Of a DNA stretch of 64,000 bases, positions 19,634 through 28,805 are shown piece after piece (positions within the stretch are counted from its first letter, which is position 1; every line of letters begins with the position of its first letter). The notes under the pieces were generated by a model. It was not told the origin of the DNA and did no database searches. It worked only from the letters and a program-made list of their open reading frames with translations. The DNA comes from an uncultured Gammaproteobacteria bacterium (lineage in GTDB: Bacteria; Patescibacteriota; Patescibacteriia; XYB2-FULL-38-15): the NCBI GenBank assembly GCA_965231095.1, contig OZ246416.1, positions 185,228-249,227 on the forward strand, in the 5' to 3' direction. The translations under genes and the position numbers were made by a program.

Positions 19634-19760
19634 CCCGTCAGCCTGCTGATTGGCATGGCATTTAATCCATCCAAGGTATAGAACCCGTCGTCAGGGTTCC
19701 TTGGATGGTTGCATAGGGAAACTTATGCATTCGGGCCGAAAGGTTCGAGCTCCTGGCGGC
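19634..19760 (+). ncRNA. Candidate structured non-coding RNA (multi-branch, two GAAA tetraloops)
   Basis: Closing CCGTCAG/CTGGCGG; hairpins CCATCCAAGG..GAACCC/GGGTTC..CTTGGATGG, TGCATAGG-GAAA-CTTATGCA, TTCGGGCC-GAAA-GGTTCGAG; TGATAAAAT upstream. Confidence 0.5.
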
Positions 19761-19785
19761 GGGCTTTATGCGAGCCGGTCCGAAA

Positions 19786-19834
19786 TTATACACAGCGCCC
19801 CTTCTTGTGCTGATTTTTCAAACTGTGCTATAAT
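19786..19834 (+). promoter_or_regulatory. Promoter of the virion operon leader, preceded by a DnaA-box-like site
   Basis: TTATACACA at 19786; extended -10 TGcTATAAT ending at 19834. Confidence 0.5.
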
Positions 19835-19890
19835 TAATTCAACAGAAAGCGATTGCCTGACGGCGTCCGGGTTTACCGGGCTAAACGAGA

Positions 19891-19971
19891 CGGGGCTACG
19901 ACTTCTGTCATCAACAGCTATTTTATTATGGCTGGTGTGATGACGAGAAGTGGTAGTCCCGCTTTTTGTTT
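19891..19971 (+). terminator. Long hairpin plus U-tract in the portal leader (possible attenuator)
   Basis: CGGGGCTAC..ACTTCT.GTCATCA / TGATGAC.AGAAGT.GTAGTCCCG followed by CTTTTTGTTT. Confidence 0.55.
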
Positions 19972-20068
19972 ATCCTCTTGAGGCTTCGGCCTCGCATTGA
20001 ACCGACAGGAACCAGATTGGAAATAATTGAGCCGAGCCTTAACAGGGTCTCGGCTTATTTTATTTCCT

Positions 20069-21952
20069 ATGGCGGAAGCAACATCAACCCAAAAAATCAA
20101 AGAGGAAGAAACTTCTAAAAAAGAAGTGTATTCGCCATCGGCCGACGAGCAGGCGCTCATTGAAAAATGGAAAAAGCGATTTACGCGTTCCGAAGAATAT
20201 CTTCGTCCTTATCGGGCAAAGTGGCTTCGCATGTATAAGCACTACCGGGCCTATCAGGAAAAAACAAATTATGCGTACCAGACCCGGCTCATGCCTCCGA
20301 TTGCATTTCAGATCGTGGAAACAGTGGCCTCGCGTCTTGCAACTGCTAAACGAAAGACGCGCATTCTTCCGCGAGACAAAAAAGATACTGAATCAAAATC
20401 TATTGGTGCTTGGAATGATCTTGTTGGCTATGACTTTGACGTTATTAAACTGTCGAAAAAACTTCCCAAGTGGGTAAAGGCCGCTTCTACATATGGGAAT
20501 GGAATCGGCATGCTGACCTGGCTTACCGACGAAAGCATTGATCACGATGACCCATTCCTAACCATCTGCGACCTGTGGGACATTTTGCCTGCTCCTGAAA
20601 CTGAAGACCTAGAAGATGATTGTCCTTGGCTTATCCGCCGTATTTTGAAATCAAAAGACAAAATTGAGCGCGAAGAAAAAGCCCGCGGCGAAAACGTACT
20701 TTATAAAAATGTGAATTTCCTCGAAGCAAAACAAGTCGAGGATTGGAAGAAGGAGCGATACGAAGTGAACACCAAAAAGATGGGCCAGATTCAAAGTTCA
20801 GAATCGGTGGAAACTTCCAGCTCAGTAATTAAAGTCACTGGAGAAAAATATGAACCGGAAAAACAGATCGAATTGTGGGAGTGTTACGACTTTGAAGAAG
20901 GAAAATTGATCACTCTCGGCAACCGCGAAGTGCTGATGCGCGACGACGAGAATCCATACAAGAAAGTAAACCACGGCCGCATCTTCCTGAACTTGGCGGA
21001 TCACGAAGTCAACTGGGAACTTTGGGGTATTGGCCACATCGAGCCAGTTGAAACGACCATTGTTGAAATTGCAGATCTCCGCAATCAGCGCATGGACGAC
21101 GTCATTCTAATGCTTGATCCGGTAATTAAGATTCGCAAAGACTCCGGCATTTCAAAAAACGACATCATTTTTGCACCCGGTGCAAAGTGGGAGCTTCGCA
21201 AGATGGATGATGTAGTCGTCGAACGATTGCCGGACATCAGCCTCATGGGAGTGAACGAAGAAAGAGCCTTGCGTGATGAGATCGAGCGGACGCTTGCTAT
21301 CTCTGAATATGCCCAAGGCATGCCAAAGTCTTCCGATGAACCGCTCGGCAAAGTAGCCATGCTTATCGGCCAGAGCAACCTGCGTTTAAGTTCTTTTTCC
21401 CAAAATTTAGCCGAGACGCTCAGCAGCCTCGCTAACATGCTGATAGAGATGAACCAGGAATTTATCGAGGAAGACAAATTGTATCGCGTAATCGGCGACG
21501 AGGTGAGCTTTAAGGAATTCACAATGGCAGACAAAGAAGTAAAGGTCGATGCCGTGGTGACGGTTGATCCGGTCGTGCCTCCCGATCAGCAGGCCCGGCT
21601 CAATCAGTCTTTGCTCCTGTACGACAAGTTTGTGGCACAGGACAAACCTGATCCGAACAGTCCCGATGAAATCAAACAGTGGAAAAAACGAAAGCGTGCG
21701 ATTCAGGAAATGATCCTCGAAGAAATGGGCAAAGAGGCGTATCGAGTCGTAATTCTCGGCGAAGAAAAAAACGAAACCACTCAAGGTAAAGAGCCGGTGA
21801 TTCAGCCGGGAGAACCTCCGCCCATATCGGAAGCAGGTGCTCCACCGGACGCATTACCACCGCCAACTCCGCAAGCGCGTCCTGGCTTCTTGAGAAGCGT
21901 GCTGTCGAGAATTCCTTTTATCGGTCGAGGTCAAAAAACAATTAATCAATAA
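20069..21952 (+). CDS. Phage portal protein (podovirus-type)
   Basis: About 627 aa, first in the head module; ENPY, WGIG.IE.V......I..LRNQRMD segment typical of P22/SU10-like portals. Confidence 0.8.
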   Translation: MAEATSTQKIKEEETSKKEVYSPSADEQALIEKWKKRFTRSEEYLRPYRAKWLRMYKHYRAYQEKTNYAYQTRLMPPIAFQIVETVASRLATAKRKTRILPRDKKDTESKSIGAWNDLVGYDFDVIKLSKKLPKWVKAASTYGNGIGMLTWLTDESIDHDDPFLTICDLWDILPAPETEDLEDDCPWLIRRILKSKDKIEREEKARGENVLYKNVNFLEAKQVEDWKKERYEVNTKKMGQIQSSESVETSSSVIKVTGEKYEPEKQIELWECYDFEEGKLITLGNREVLMRDDENPYKKVNHGRIFLNLADHEVNWELWGIGHIEPVETTIVEIADLRNQRMDDVILMLDPVIKIRKDSGISKNDIIFAPGAKWELRKMDDVVVERLPDISLMGVNEERALRDEIERTLAISEYAQGMPKSSDEPLGKVAMLIGQSNLRLSSFSQNLAETLSSLANMLIEMNQEFIEEDKLYRVIGDEVSFKEFTMADKEVKVDAVVTVDPVVPPDQQARLNQSLLLYDKFVAQDKPDPNSPDEIKQWKKRKRAIQEMILEEMGKEAYRVVILGEEKNETTQGKEPVIQPGEPPPISEAGAPPDALPPPTPQARPGFLRSVLSRIPFIGRGQKTINQ

Positions 21953-21956
21953 CGCT

Positions 21957-22151
21957 ATGGCAAAAAATAACCAGACAACAAAAGTCATCACCGCAATTGT
22001 ACTGAGTAAGACATTGAGTGGCGGCGATTGCATCGTGTCCTTGCAGGAAGACCAAGGCCGAGTGCATACGATTTACCTCTCCAAAGAGGAGTCTTCCAAA
22101 ATCGACTTGGGTCACAAGCTCAAGTTAACCATTGAAAAGGTCGAAAATTAA
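21957..22151 (+). CDS. Small phage hypothetical protein
   Basis: Tightly packed ORF in the operon with the GGTCGA leader motif. Confidence 0.6.
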   Translation: MAKNNQTTKVITAIVLSKTLSGGDCIVSLQEDQGRVHTIYLSKEESSKIDLGHKLKLTIEKVEN

Positions 22152-22170
22152 TCAATTTAATCACACACAT

Positions 22171-22503
22171 ATGCCAGACAAAAAAATGAAAAAGAAGAAC
22201 GATCTCGCCGACGAAAGGTTTCCAGAGGGCGACAAGATCGAGTTCAAAAATCAAAAGCCTGTTCGGGAAGAAAGTGGGCAAATGGAAGCTCGCTGGAAAA
22301 AGGTCGAAAGCGTTATAGGCGCGGCAAAGGAAGCCTATCAATCAGGCAAATCAAATTTCAGCGAAGTATTGGAAAGCCTGATTGCCACCCTTCAAGACAT
22401 GCTGGACACCGATGTAGGGGGTAAAGATCTCGGCGGGCTCATGACGAATGGGCCGGAGATGGATCTTCCGCCGGAGCCTGCGCCGGAGGAAGAACAACAA
22501 TAA
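22171..22503 (+). CDS. Phage hypothetical protein
   Basis: ATG at 22171 after an A/T-rich leader and GGTCGA motif. Confidence 0.65.
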   Translation: MPDKKMKKKNDLADERFPEGDKIEFKNQKPVREESGQMEARWKKVESVIGAAKEAYQSGKSNFSEVLESLIATLQDMLDTDVGGKDLGGLMTNGPEMDLPPEPAPEEEQQ

Positions 22504-22507
22504 ATAT

Positions 22508-22786
22508 ATGCAGACCAACGAGGAAAAATTTGAAACAGGGTTGGCGGTGCTGGGGATGGTCAGAACGGCTGGCTGGAAATGGCTCGAAGCAAAAATTCGC
22601 GCAGATCTCGCAATTGAATATGCGGAGCTCCGAGATTTTGACATTTCGGGAAAGACAGCCGAGCAAATTGCTTCCGACTATCTTCAGCGCCGAGCCAATG
22701 CTAACGCTTACGAGAAAATTCTCGCGTTGGTCGACGATGCCATTCGTGACAAGGACGAAGCGGCAGGCGCAATGAGCCAGGAGTAA
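22508..22786 (+). CDS. Small helical head-module protein
   Basis: MQTNEEKF...TAGWKWLE resembles small proteins found between portal and scaffold. Confidence 0.65.
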   Translation: MQTNEEKFETGLAVLGMVRTAGWKWLEAKIRADLAIEYAELRDFDISGKTAEQIASDYLQRRANANAYEKILALVDDAIRDKDEAAGAMSQE

Positions 22787-22877
22787 CACGATGCCTATGG
22801 AGTACGCGGCAAAAAACATTGGGGGCAAGGTCGAACCCCAACCTAGTAAATAAAAATTCAATTTAACAAGCGCTTTT

Positions 22878-23747
22878 ATGAATCAAGATCGTAAAAAGGA
22901 GCTCGACGCTCTCCTCAACGCAAACTCGGAAGATGAGGAAACGGATACCGAAGAAGAAGACACCCAGGAAGACAAGGGTGAGGAAGAAGACGAGGAAACC
23001 GACACCGAAGATTCTGAAGAAGAAACCGACGAAGACGAAGAAACTGACGAGGAAGAATCGGATGACGGCGAATCGGAAAATTCCGATGACGAGGAAGAAA
23101 CCGAGGAAGATGCAGGGGGCGAGGCATCCAAGCAGAAAAACAAGTGGCACGGTAAAAGCCGTGAGGAAGTGATCCGAATGTATGAGGATCTCGAAACAAA
23201 AAACCAACCGCCAAAGCGAACAAAAGCCAAGCCTGATGCCAAGAAGGAAAACGATGAGGCCAAGGGCGAGGGAGTAGACGTCCCTAATGACGAAGAACTG
23301 GCCAAGATGACCCCCAAGCAGTTCGCAGAATGGATGGTTACGACAGTTCAAAGCATCGTCGGCAAAACCTACGATGCGCGAAGCCGGATGCGAGATTCCG
23401 CCGCGCAAGAAATTCGAGAGGCTCAGAAAGATCACCCTCTTCTGAAGACCAGTCCAGAGTACCGCGAACTCGTGCTGTCTTTGATCGACGCCGCTTCCCA
23501 AAAAGGAACGGTTATGCCGCTCAAAGAAGCGTGCATGAAGGTCGATGGATTCGCTGGAAAGGTAAAAGGAGACACAAAAGTTTCTGACACTGAGAAGATT
23601 CGCCTCAAGAAAGCCAAAGCGCAAGTCGAGAGAGGAGCGGGCGCTCCGACCTCGCCGGGCGAAGAAAAGGGTGCGGAAGAACGCCGCCTCGAAAACATCT
23701 TCGGAACAAGCGGGTCAAATGGCCCCTTAGGAGGCCTTGGGGTTTAA
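22878..23747 (+). CDS. Capsid scaffolding protein
   Basis: Very acidic N-terminus, KWHGKS.EE...MY..LE motif, directly upstream of the capsid gene. Confidence 0.75.
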   Translation: MNQDRKKELDALLNANSEDEETDTEEEDTQEDKGEEEDEETDTEDSEEETDEDEETDEEESDDGESENSDDEEETEEDAGGEASKQKNKWHGKSREEVIRMYEDLETKNQPPKRTKAKPDAKKENDEAKGEGVDVPNDEELAKMTPKQFAEWMVTTVQSIVGKTYDARSRMRDSAAQEIREAQKDHPLLKTSPEYRELVLSLIDAASQKGTVMPLKEACMKVDGFAGKVKGDTKVSDTEKIRLKKAKAQVERGAGAPTSPGEEKGAEERRLENIFGTSGSNGPLGGLGV

Positions 23748-23805
23748 AACCTCATATAGCAAGGTCGAACCTCCTATCAGTTAATTAATCAACCAACAAC
23801 AAGAT

Positions 23806-24984
23806 ATGTCATCAGCAAATGGAATCAGAGGAACCGCGAACTTGGGCGTTACGCGCAAGTACGACGTAGCGGATGTAATCTCGCTTCTTGACGTAGCGCG
23901 TTATCCGCTGCTTGGCATTCTCACGAACGCCGGGAAAGACCCCGCAACCAAGCAGGGCAAGGCACTCAAGAAAAAAGAAACGAGCGATCCGGACTTCAAG
24001 TGGTTTGAGGATAAATTCGGTGCGCGCGAAGACATCGTTGCGGCCAACCAAGGAGCGGCAGTCACACTGGTTGTGACCAACGGTGCGTACTTTAGCATCG
24101 GTGACGTCCTGCTCGTAGTGAAATCGGCCCAGGGCACGAACAACCCGACCGGCGAAGTCATGCTCGTAACGGACGTGGCAACCAACACGCTCACCCTTGT
24201 GCGCCAGATCGGTGACGGCGGTTCAGGCGGAGGTCTGCTTCAGCAGAACGACATCGTCTGGATCATTGGTAATGCCAACGAAGAAGGTGCGGACCTCCGC
24301 ACAATGAAAGGAACGACGATCGCTGAAGTGCTCAACTACTGCCAGATTTTCCGAACTACGATTGGAGTCACTGAAACTTCACGCAACACCAAGGGCCTGA
24401 CAAAGGAGAACGACTTTGACTATCAGATTCGCAAGAAAGGTATCGAGCACTTGGTAGACATCGAGCGAGCTTTCCTATTCGGGAAAAAGGAGATCATCAC
24501 TTCCGGTACACATCCGAAACGATTTACCGGCGGAGTTCTACCTCGCATCAGCCAGGTCACCAGCAACGTAGCAACCCGCGACGACTTCAACAGCTACCTG
24601 AGAATCTTGTTCGCTCACGGCAACACCGAGAAATACTTGCTTGCTTCCGGTTACGTGATCGACAAGATCAACGGATTCGCTCACGACAAGTTGCAGGTAC
24701 TGCAAGGAGAAAAAACTTTTGGATTAACCATCCTTAAGTATCTTTCTCCGCACGGTACGCTAAACATCATCAAGCACGATCTGCTTGCGGGGGATCTGTA
24801 CGGCAAGAGCGGTGTCGGTGTAGACATGGAAGCTTTGACCTACCGATATCTCGCCAACCGTGACAGCAAGCTTCTCACGAATCGACAAGCACCTGGCGAA
24901 GATTCACGAGTAGACGAGTACCTGACCGAATGTGGCCTCCAGATGGAACAGCCTGAACGTCACGCAATCGTTAAGTTCGCTTAA
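23806..24984 (+). CDS. Major capsid protein (SU10/DUF5309-like)
   Basis: FKWFED, NYCQIFR...VTET, DIERAFLFG, TGGV, ECGL motifs; position after scaffold. Confidence 0.85.
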   Translation: MSSANGIRGTANLGVTRKYDVADVISLLDVARYPLLGILTNAGKDPATKQGKALKKKETSDPDFKWFEDKFGAREDIVAANQGAAVTLVVTNGAYFSIGDVLLVVKSAQGTNNPTGEVMLVTDVATNTLTLVRQIGDGGSGGGLLQQNDIVWIIGNANEEGADLRTMKGTTIAEVLNYCQIFRTTIGVTETSRNTKGLTKENDFDYQIRKKGIEHLVDIERAFLFGKKEIITSGTHPKRFTGGVLPRISQVTSNVATRDDFNSYLRILFAHGNTEKYLLASGYVIDKINGFAHDKLQVLQGEKTFGLTILKYLSPHGTLNIIKHDLLAGDLYGKSGVGVDMEALTYRYLANRDSKLLTNRQAPGEDSRVDEYLTECGLQMEQPERHAIVKFA

Positions 24985-25121
24985 GCAGTCCTTCAAGTCT
25001 CGGTCGGACGGGCATGCTTTCCGAACCCGCCTGACCGAGTGGAAAGCCCTTGAGGGGTTTTCCGCGGAAAATGAAAGGTCGATTCCGCGGTTATTACAAA
25101 AATAATTTCACATTAATTCGT

Positions 25122-25556
25122 ATGGCAAAAAATCAAGCACCGACGGCCGAAAAGCCGAAGACAAAGAGCAAGCGCTACGCAACCCGTTACGGACAGCATT
25201 ACGCGATCGTGATGATCCCGACCGTGACTGAAATCATCAACGGAATGGCGATAACGCGTCCAGGAAAAACAATCGAATTCAAGAATGGCATTTACGAAAC
25301 GAAGGATTCTGCCGAACAAGACTTCCTGGATAATTCTCCGTTTGTCGGCATCGACTATCAGGAAGTCACAAAGGCAGTGACTTCGGCTCTTGAAGCCAAG
25401 TCGTTGTCGGAAAAGGAATCCGAATTGAAGGAGAAAGAAGAAGATCTGAAGCGCAGAGAGATGGCGCTCAAAGGCAAAGAAGAAGGATCAGACTCCTCAT
25501 CTGGAAAAGAAACCAAAAGCGAGGGGAAGACAAAAAAGAAAGAGCCAAAGTTCTAA
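25122..25556 (+). CDS. Phage hypothetical protein
   Basis: ATG 25122 after a GGTCGA hairpin; charged C-terminus. Confidence 0.65.
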   Translation: MAKNQAPTAEKPKTKSKRYATRYGQHYAIVMIPTVTEIINGMAITRPGKTIEFKNGIYETKDSAEQDFLDNSPFVGIDYQEVTKAVTSALEAKSLSEKESELKEKEEDLKRREMALKGKEEGSDSSSGKETKSEGKTKKKEPKF

Positions 25557-25611
25557 ACTCTCGGCTCGTTAAAGGTCGAACCATTATCAACCAAACATAA
25601 GGCACAACGAT

Positions 25612-25905
25612 ATGGCGATAGAAAGTAAATCAAAATTCGCGGTGAACGAAGCGACTGTGGCCAGCGCAGGCACTGCCGTGCAGCTTCCCGATATTCCAGT
25701 CGGCGAGGGGTGCGATCTCGTCGTAAAGGCAAAGCGCACCAATCTCGGCGTGATCAAGGTCGGAGAATCCGCGCTACAGGCTCAGGCGGGGAAATTCACC
25801 CTAGAGCCAGGCGAAGCGGTGAAGCTCCGCATTAGCAATGCGAACAAAGGCTACATCGACGCGGAAGTCACCGGCGACAAAGTAGAGATAATCGTTGAGC
25901 AATAA
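25612..25905 (+). CDS. Small beta-rich virion protein (decoration-like)
   Basis: 97 aa, beta-strand pattern, position in virion operon. Confidence 0.55.
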   Translation: MAIESKSKFAVNEATVASAGTAVQLPDIPVGEGCDLVVKAKRTNLGVIKVGESALQAQAGKFTLEPGEAVKLRISNANKGYIDAEVTGDKVEIIVEQ

Positions 25906-25911
25906 GCTCCT

Positions 25912-26499
25912 ATGTCAGATTTCATTCCTCAGCAGGGAGACTTCAACTTCCTGCGGTTCAGAAAAACCGGCAGATACTTCGGGCCATTCATGACCGGTGG
26001 GACAGTGACCACGCAGTCGGCAGCGTCTGCAAACTCACTACGCGCCTTTCCATTCTTTGTCCCGAAGACACAAAAGTTTGACCGGATAGCAATACGCGTC
26101 ACGACATTGGCAAGCGGCACAACTCCAAAGGCGCGCCTTGGCGTGTATGAAGACAAAGGCGACGGAAGCGTCTATCCAGGAAAACTAGTGCTCGATGCGG
26201 GCGAGGTGGATGTGAACACCACGGGGCTTAAAGAGATCACGATCAATCTCACGCTCAAAGGCGGGAAACTTTACTGGCTCGCTTTTGTGGGTCAAGACAC
26301 CACTGCACTCGTGCTCGCAGCAATTCCTGCAGCGGACGCGATGGCGACATTCCTCGGTTTTGACAACGGGCTGACTGGCACACCGTACTTGGGTTATGCG
26401 GTAACGCAAACCTATGGCGCATTGCCAGCAACATACCCGACTGCAAGCCCGACGGATTGGAGTCTGAACGTGCCGCTCATTGCCTTACGCAAAGCATAA
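25912..26499 (+). CDS. Putative virion structural protein
   Basis: Beta-rich; ARLGVYED....YPG.L..DAG and YWLA motifs. Confidence 0.55.
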   Translation: MSDFIPQQGDFNFLRFRKTGRYFGPFMTGGTVTTQSAASANSLRAFPFFVPKTQKFDRIAIRVTTLASGTTPKARLGVYEDKGDGSVYPGKLVLDAGEVDVNTTGLKEITINLTLKGGKLYWLAFVGQDTTALVLAAIPAADAMATFLGFDNGLTGTPYLGYAVTQTYGALPATYPTASPTDWSLNVPLIALRKA

Positions 26500-26501
26500 G
26501 T

Positions 26502-28148
26502 ATGCCAATGAACTATGTTGCCAAGCTTCAAAGCAAAGTTACTGAAAACGTCGATGACGGCCGTGAACAGGATGCAACAACTTGGAACGGCAACGGCAAT
26601 ACCAGCAACGTAATTACTCTCGGTAACGTGAGCGGTTCCGTGTATTCTGGCGCATTTCGTTTCCGCAATCTCAGTATTCCGCGAAACTCAAAGATTGTTC
26701 TGGCCCGGCTGAAAATCAGACCATCGGTCACGGACGGCGCAGACCCGGATGTGAAGCTCATTGTAAAAGGAATAAAAGAGTCGGATACAAAACCATTCAC
26801 TCAAACCTCGCGTCCCAGCCAGAGAACAAAAACAGTAAACACTGTCGCCTGGCACATCATCAAGAAATGGGAAGTCCACGAATGGACGCAGACACCGAAC
26901 CTCAAACTGATCATTGAAGAAATCGTTGCCCAAAACGGATGGAAGCCGGGCAATGCCCTCGCCTTAACAATAGAAGACAACGGATCTTCCTCGAACCAGG
27001 CCGAAACTTGCTATGACCGGAGCAAGGGCGACGGCTATCAGGCCGAAATTGAAGTCTGGTACACGACAAAAAATGTAAGCATCGGCACTATCGCTGGCAC
27101 TGACCGCGATGGAATGGAAACGGATAAGACCACATGGCAGTCGAGTCCGACCGGCAACGTGATAACTGTCGGTGATGATGGGCCATCGGTAAATGACGGC
27201 AGCTTTATATTCAGCTCGCTCGCCATCCCTCGATACGCAAACATCATCGGCGCGTACCTTCTGCTTACACAGGCAGATCAGAACAACCGATTTCCGCATC
27301 TCATCATTAAAGGGTTTGCAGAAGATGATGCTCCGGTGTTTGCCAGCAACGGATCAAACCGGCCATCGACTCGGCAGAAAACAAATGCACTGGCTGAATG
27401 GACTATCGGGGAAACAGTGGCTGGAGTCTTTGTCGGCATTCATTGGTCAGCCAATAGCGTGTATGAATCGCCCGACCTGCGCGAGATCGTGCAAGAGATC
27501 GTAGACCGCGAAGGCTGGACGACATCAAGCAAGCTGGGCCTTGTCTTGGAAAGCCAATCATCCTGGGACGGCCAATACAAACTGCCCTGGGACTATGTGA
27601 AAAACTCCGGTGAATTCGCGGCAAAACTCGTGGTCGTGTGGGACACGCTCCGCACATTCCGATCAACGAAAAAAGATATTGCGAAATTCGACAAATCAAA
27701 TTACCCGGAATTTATTATCGTGCATCACTCGGCGACACCGCGCGACTCGACACACTTCAGCACAATAAAAAATAACCACATAGGAATCGGCTGGGGGGAC
27801 ATCGCTTACCACCATTGGATTGCAGGAGCGTTAGACGGCATCGGCGTACACATTGCGGGTCGTCCGGAAAACAAGATCGGAGCTCACGCCGATACGCAAA
27901 AAATGAACTACCGTTCTGTCGGCATAGCAATGTGCGGAGATTTCCATCCATCAAGCGGAAACGAACAGCCAACCGCAGAACAGCTAGCCACCCTCCAAAC
28001 ACTTCTCGACACGATTAGAAAAGAACGAGGCATCCCAAAAGAGCGGGTACTCGGACATCGGGAAACTCCAGATTCCACTGATTGTCCTGGCGACAATTTA
28101 CTCGAGTACGTAAAACGATATCGAACAACCGGAAAGCTTCTTCCCTAA
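26502..28148 (+). CDS. Two tandem beta-sandwich repeats fused to an N-acetylmuramoyl-L-alanine amidase (Amidase_2)
   Basis: Repeats DGRE/DGME..F..L.IPR...I..A.L...IKG...D...RPS.R.KT...P.L..I..EIV...GW; C-terminal IIVHHSA, IAYH, GAH, GHRE..TDCPG. Confidence 0.82.
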   Translation: MPMNYVAKLQSKVTENVDDGREQDATTWNGNGNTSNVITLGNVSGSVYSGAFRFRNLSIPRNSKIVLARLKIRPSVTDGADPDVKLIVKGIKESDTKPFTQTSRPSQRTKTVNTVAWHIIKKWEVHEWTQTPNLKLIIEEIVAQNGWKPGNALALTIEDNGSSSNQAETCYDRSKGDGYQAEIEVWYTTKNVSIGTIAGTDRDGMETDKTTWQSSPTGNVITVGDDGPSVNDGSFIFSSLAIPRYANIIGAYLLLTQADQNNRFPHLIIKGFAEDDAPVFASNGSNRPSTRQKTNALAEWTIGETVAGVFVGIHWSANSVYESPDLREIVQEIVDREGWTTSSKLGLVLESQSSWDGQYKLPWDYVKNSGEFAAKLVVVWDTLRTFRSTKKDIAKFDKSNYPEFIIVHHSATPRDSTHFSTIKNNHIGIGWGDIAYHHWIAGALDGIGVHIAGRPENKIGAHADTQKMNYRSVGIAMCGDFHPSSGNEQPTAEQLATLQTLLDTIRKERGIPKERVLGHRETPDSTDCPGDNLLEYVKRYRTTGKLLP

Positions 28149-28152
28149 TACC

Positions 28153-28800
28153 ATGCAACTACAAGAATTCCTACAAGACCTCAACGCACGAATGTCGGCG
28201 GCCAAGACCACCGGGTTTTGGAGTGAAGTCGATAAAAAAAGATGGATTAATAAATCCATTATTCGGGCATGCAACTTTGCCAAATGGAACTTTCTCAACC
28301 ACCACTCAACTCAGCTGACCGAGAAAGATATCGAGGCTTACTTCAACCCCTTCGACTACAAGCCGGGCGGAATGATGTTCATCAAAGTCGACGGCCAAGA
28401 GCATGCAAAAACGAGCGTTGAAAATTATCAAAGTGGAAATCATGTGTGGGAGCGGGTGTTCTGCATTCTTGGCGACCAGTACCTGATCAAGCCCACGCCG
28501 CTTGAAGACGGAAAACTCATCGACATCTACTACCGCAGGCGTCCGATTCCGCTGGTGAATGACACAGACGAACCGATCACCCCTGAGGAAATGGAAGAAG
28601 CGATCATCAAGCTGGCTCTCGGCATCTGTCTAAAGAAAGAACCGAACCGAAGCTCAGATGCGGACAAGCAGATTCTGGAAGCGACCGCAATTCTTCAGCA
28701 AATAAAAGACCGCCAAGACGAGGAAGGTGGAGAGGCCGGATTCACCGGGCAGGCAACAAGCTCGCGCTTTCTCTACAAGAACAGTAATCCGCAGGATTAA
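28153..28800 (+). CDS. Head-tail adaptor protein
   Basis: WIN.....C....WNF, I.PTP, I.YYR.P..L..DTD.P..P pattern and position. Confidence 0.7.
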   Translation: MQLQEFLQDLNARMSAAKTTGFWSEVDKKRWINKSIIRACNFAKWNFLNHHSTQLTEKDIEAYFNPFDYKPGGMMFIKVDGQEHAKTSVENYQSGNHVWERVFCILGDQYLIKPTPLEDGKLIDIYYRRRPIPLVNDTDEPITPEEMEEAIIKLALGICLKKEPNRSSDADKQILEATAILQQIKDRQDEEGGEAGFTGQATSSRFLYKNSNPQD

Positions 28801-28805
28801 AAACT

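Noticed and set aside
19845-19895. Possible hammerhead ribozyme (CTGAC.G...CGAGAC)
   Set aside because: The core does not match CUGANGA/GAAA and the required stems could not be built
19650-19940. 96-aa ORF in the defence-portal gap
   Set aside because: Non-ATG start, no recognisable motif, and it runs through promoters and hairpins better explained as RNA structure
22791-22853. 20-aa mini-ORF MPMEYAAKNIGGKVEPQPSK before the scaffold gene
   Set aside because: Too short, with no support; the region is explained by the GGTCGA leader hairpin
22863-23624. Long antisense ORFs over the scaffold gene
   Set aside because: Shadows of the low-complexity Glu/Asp codon run
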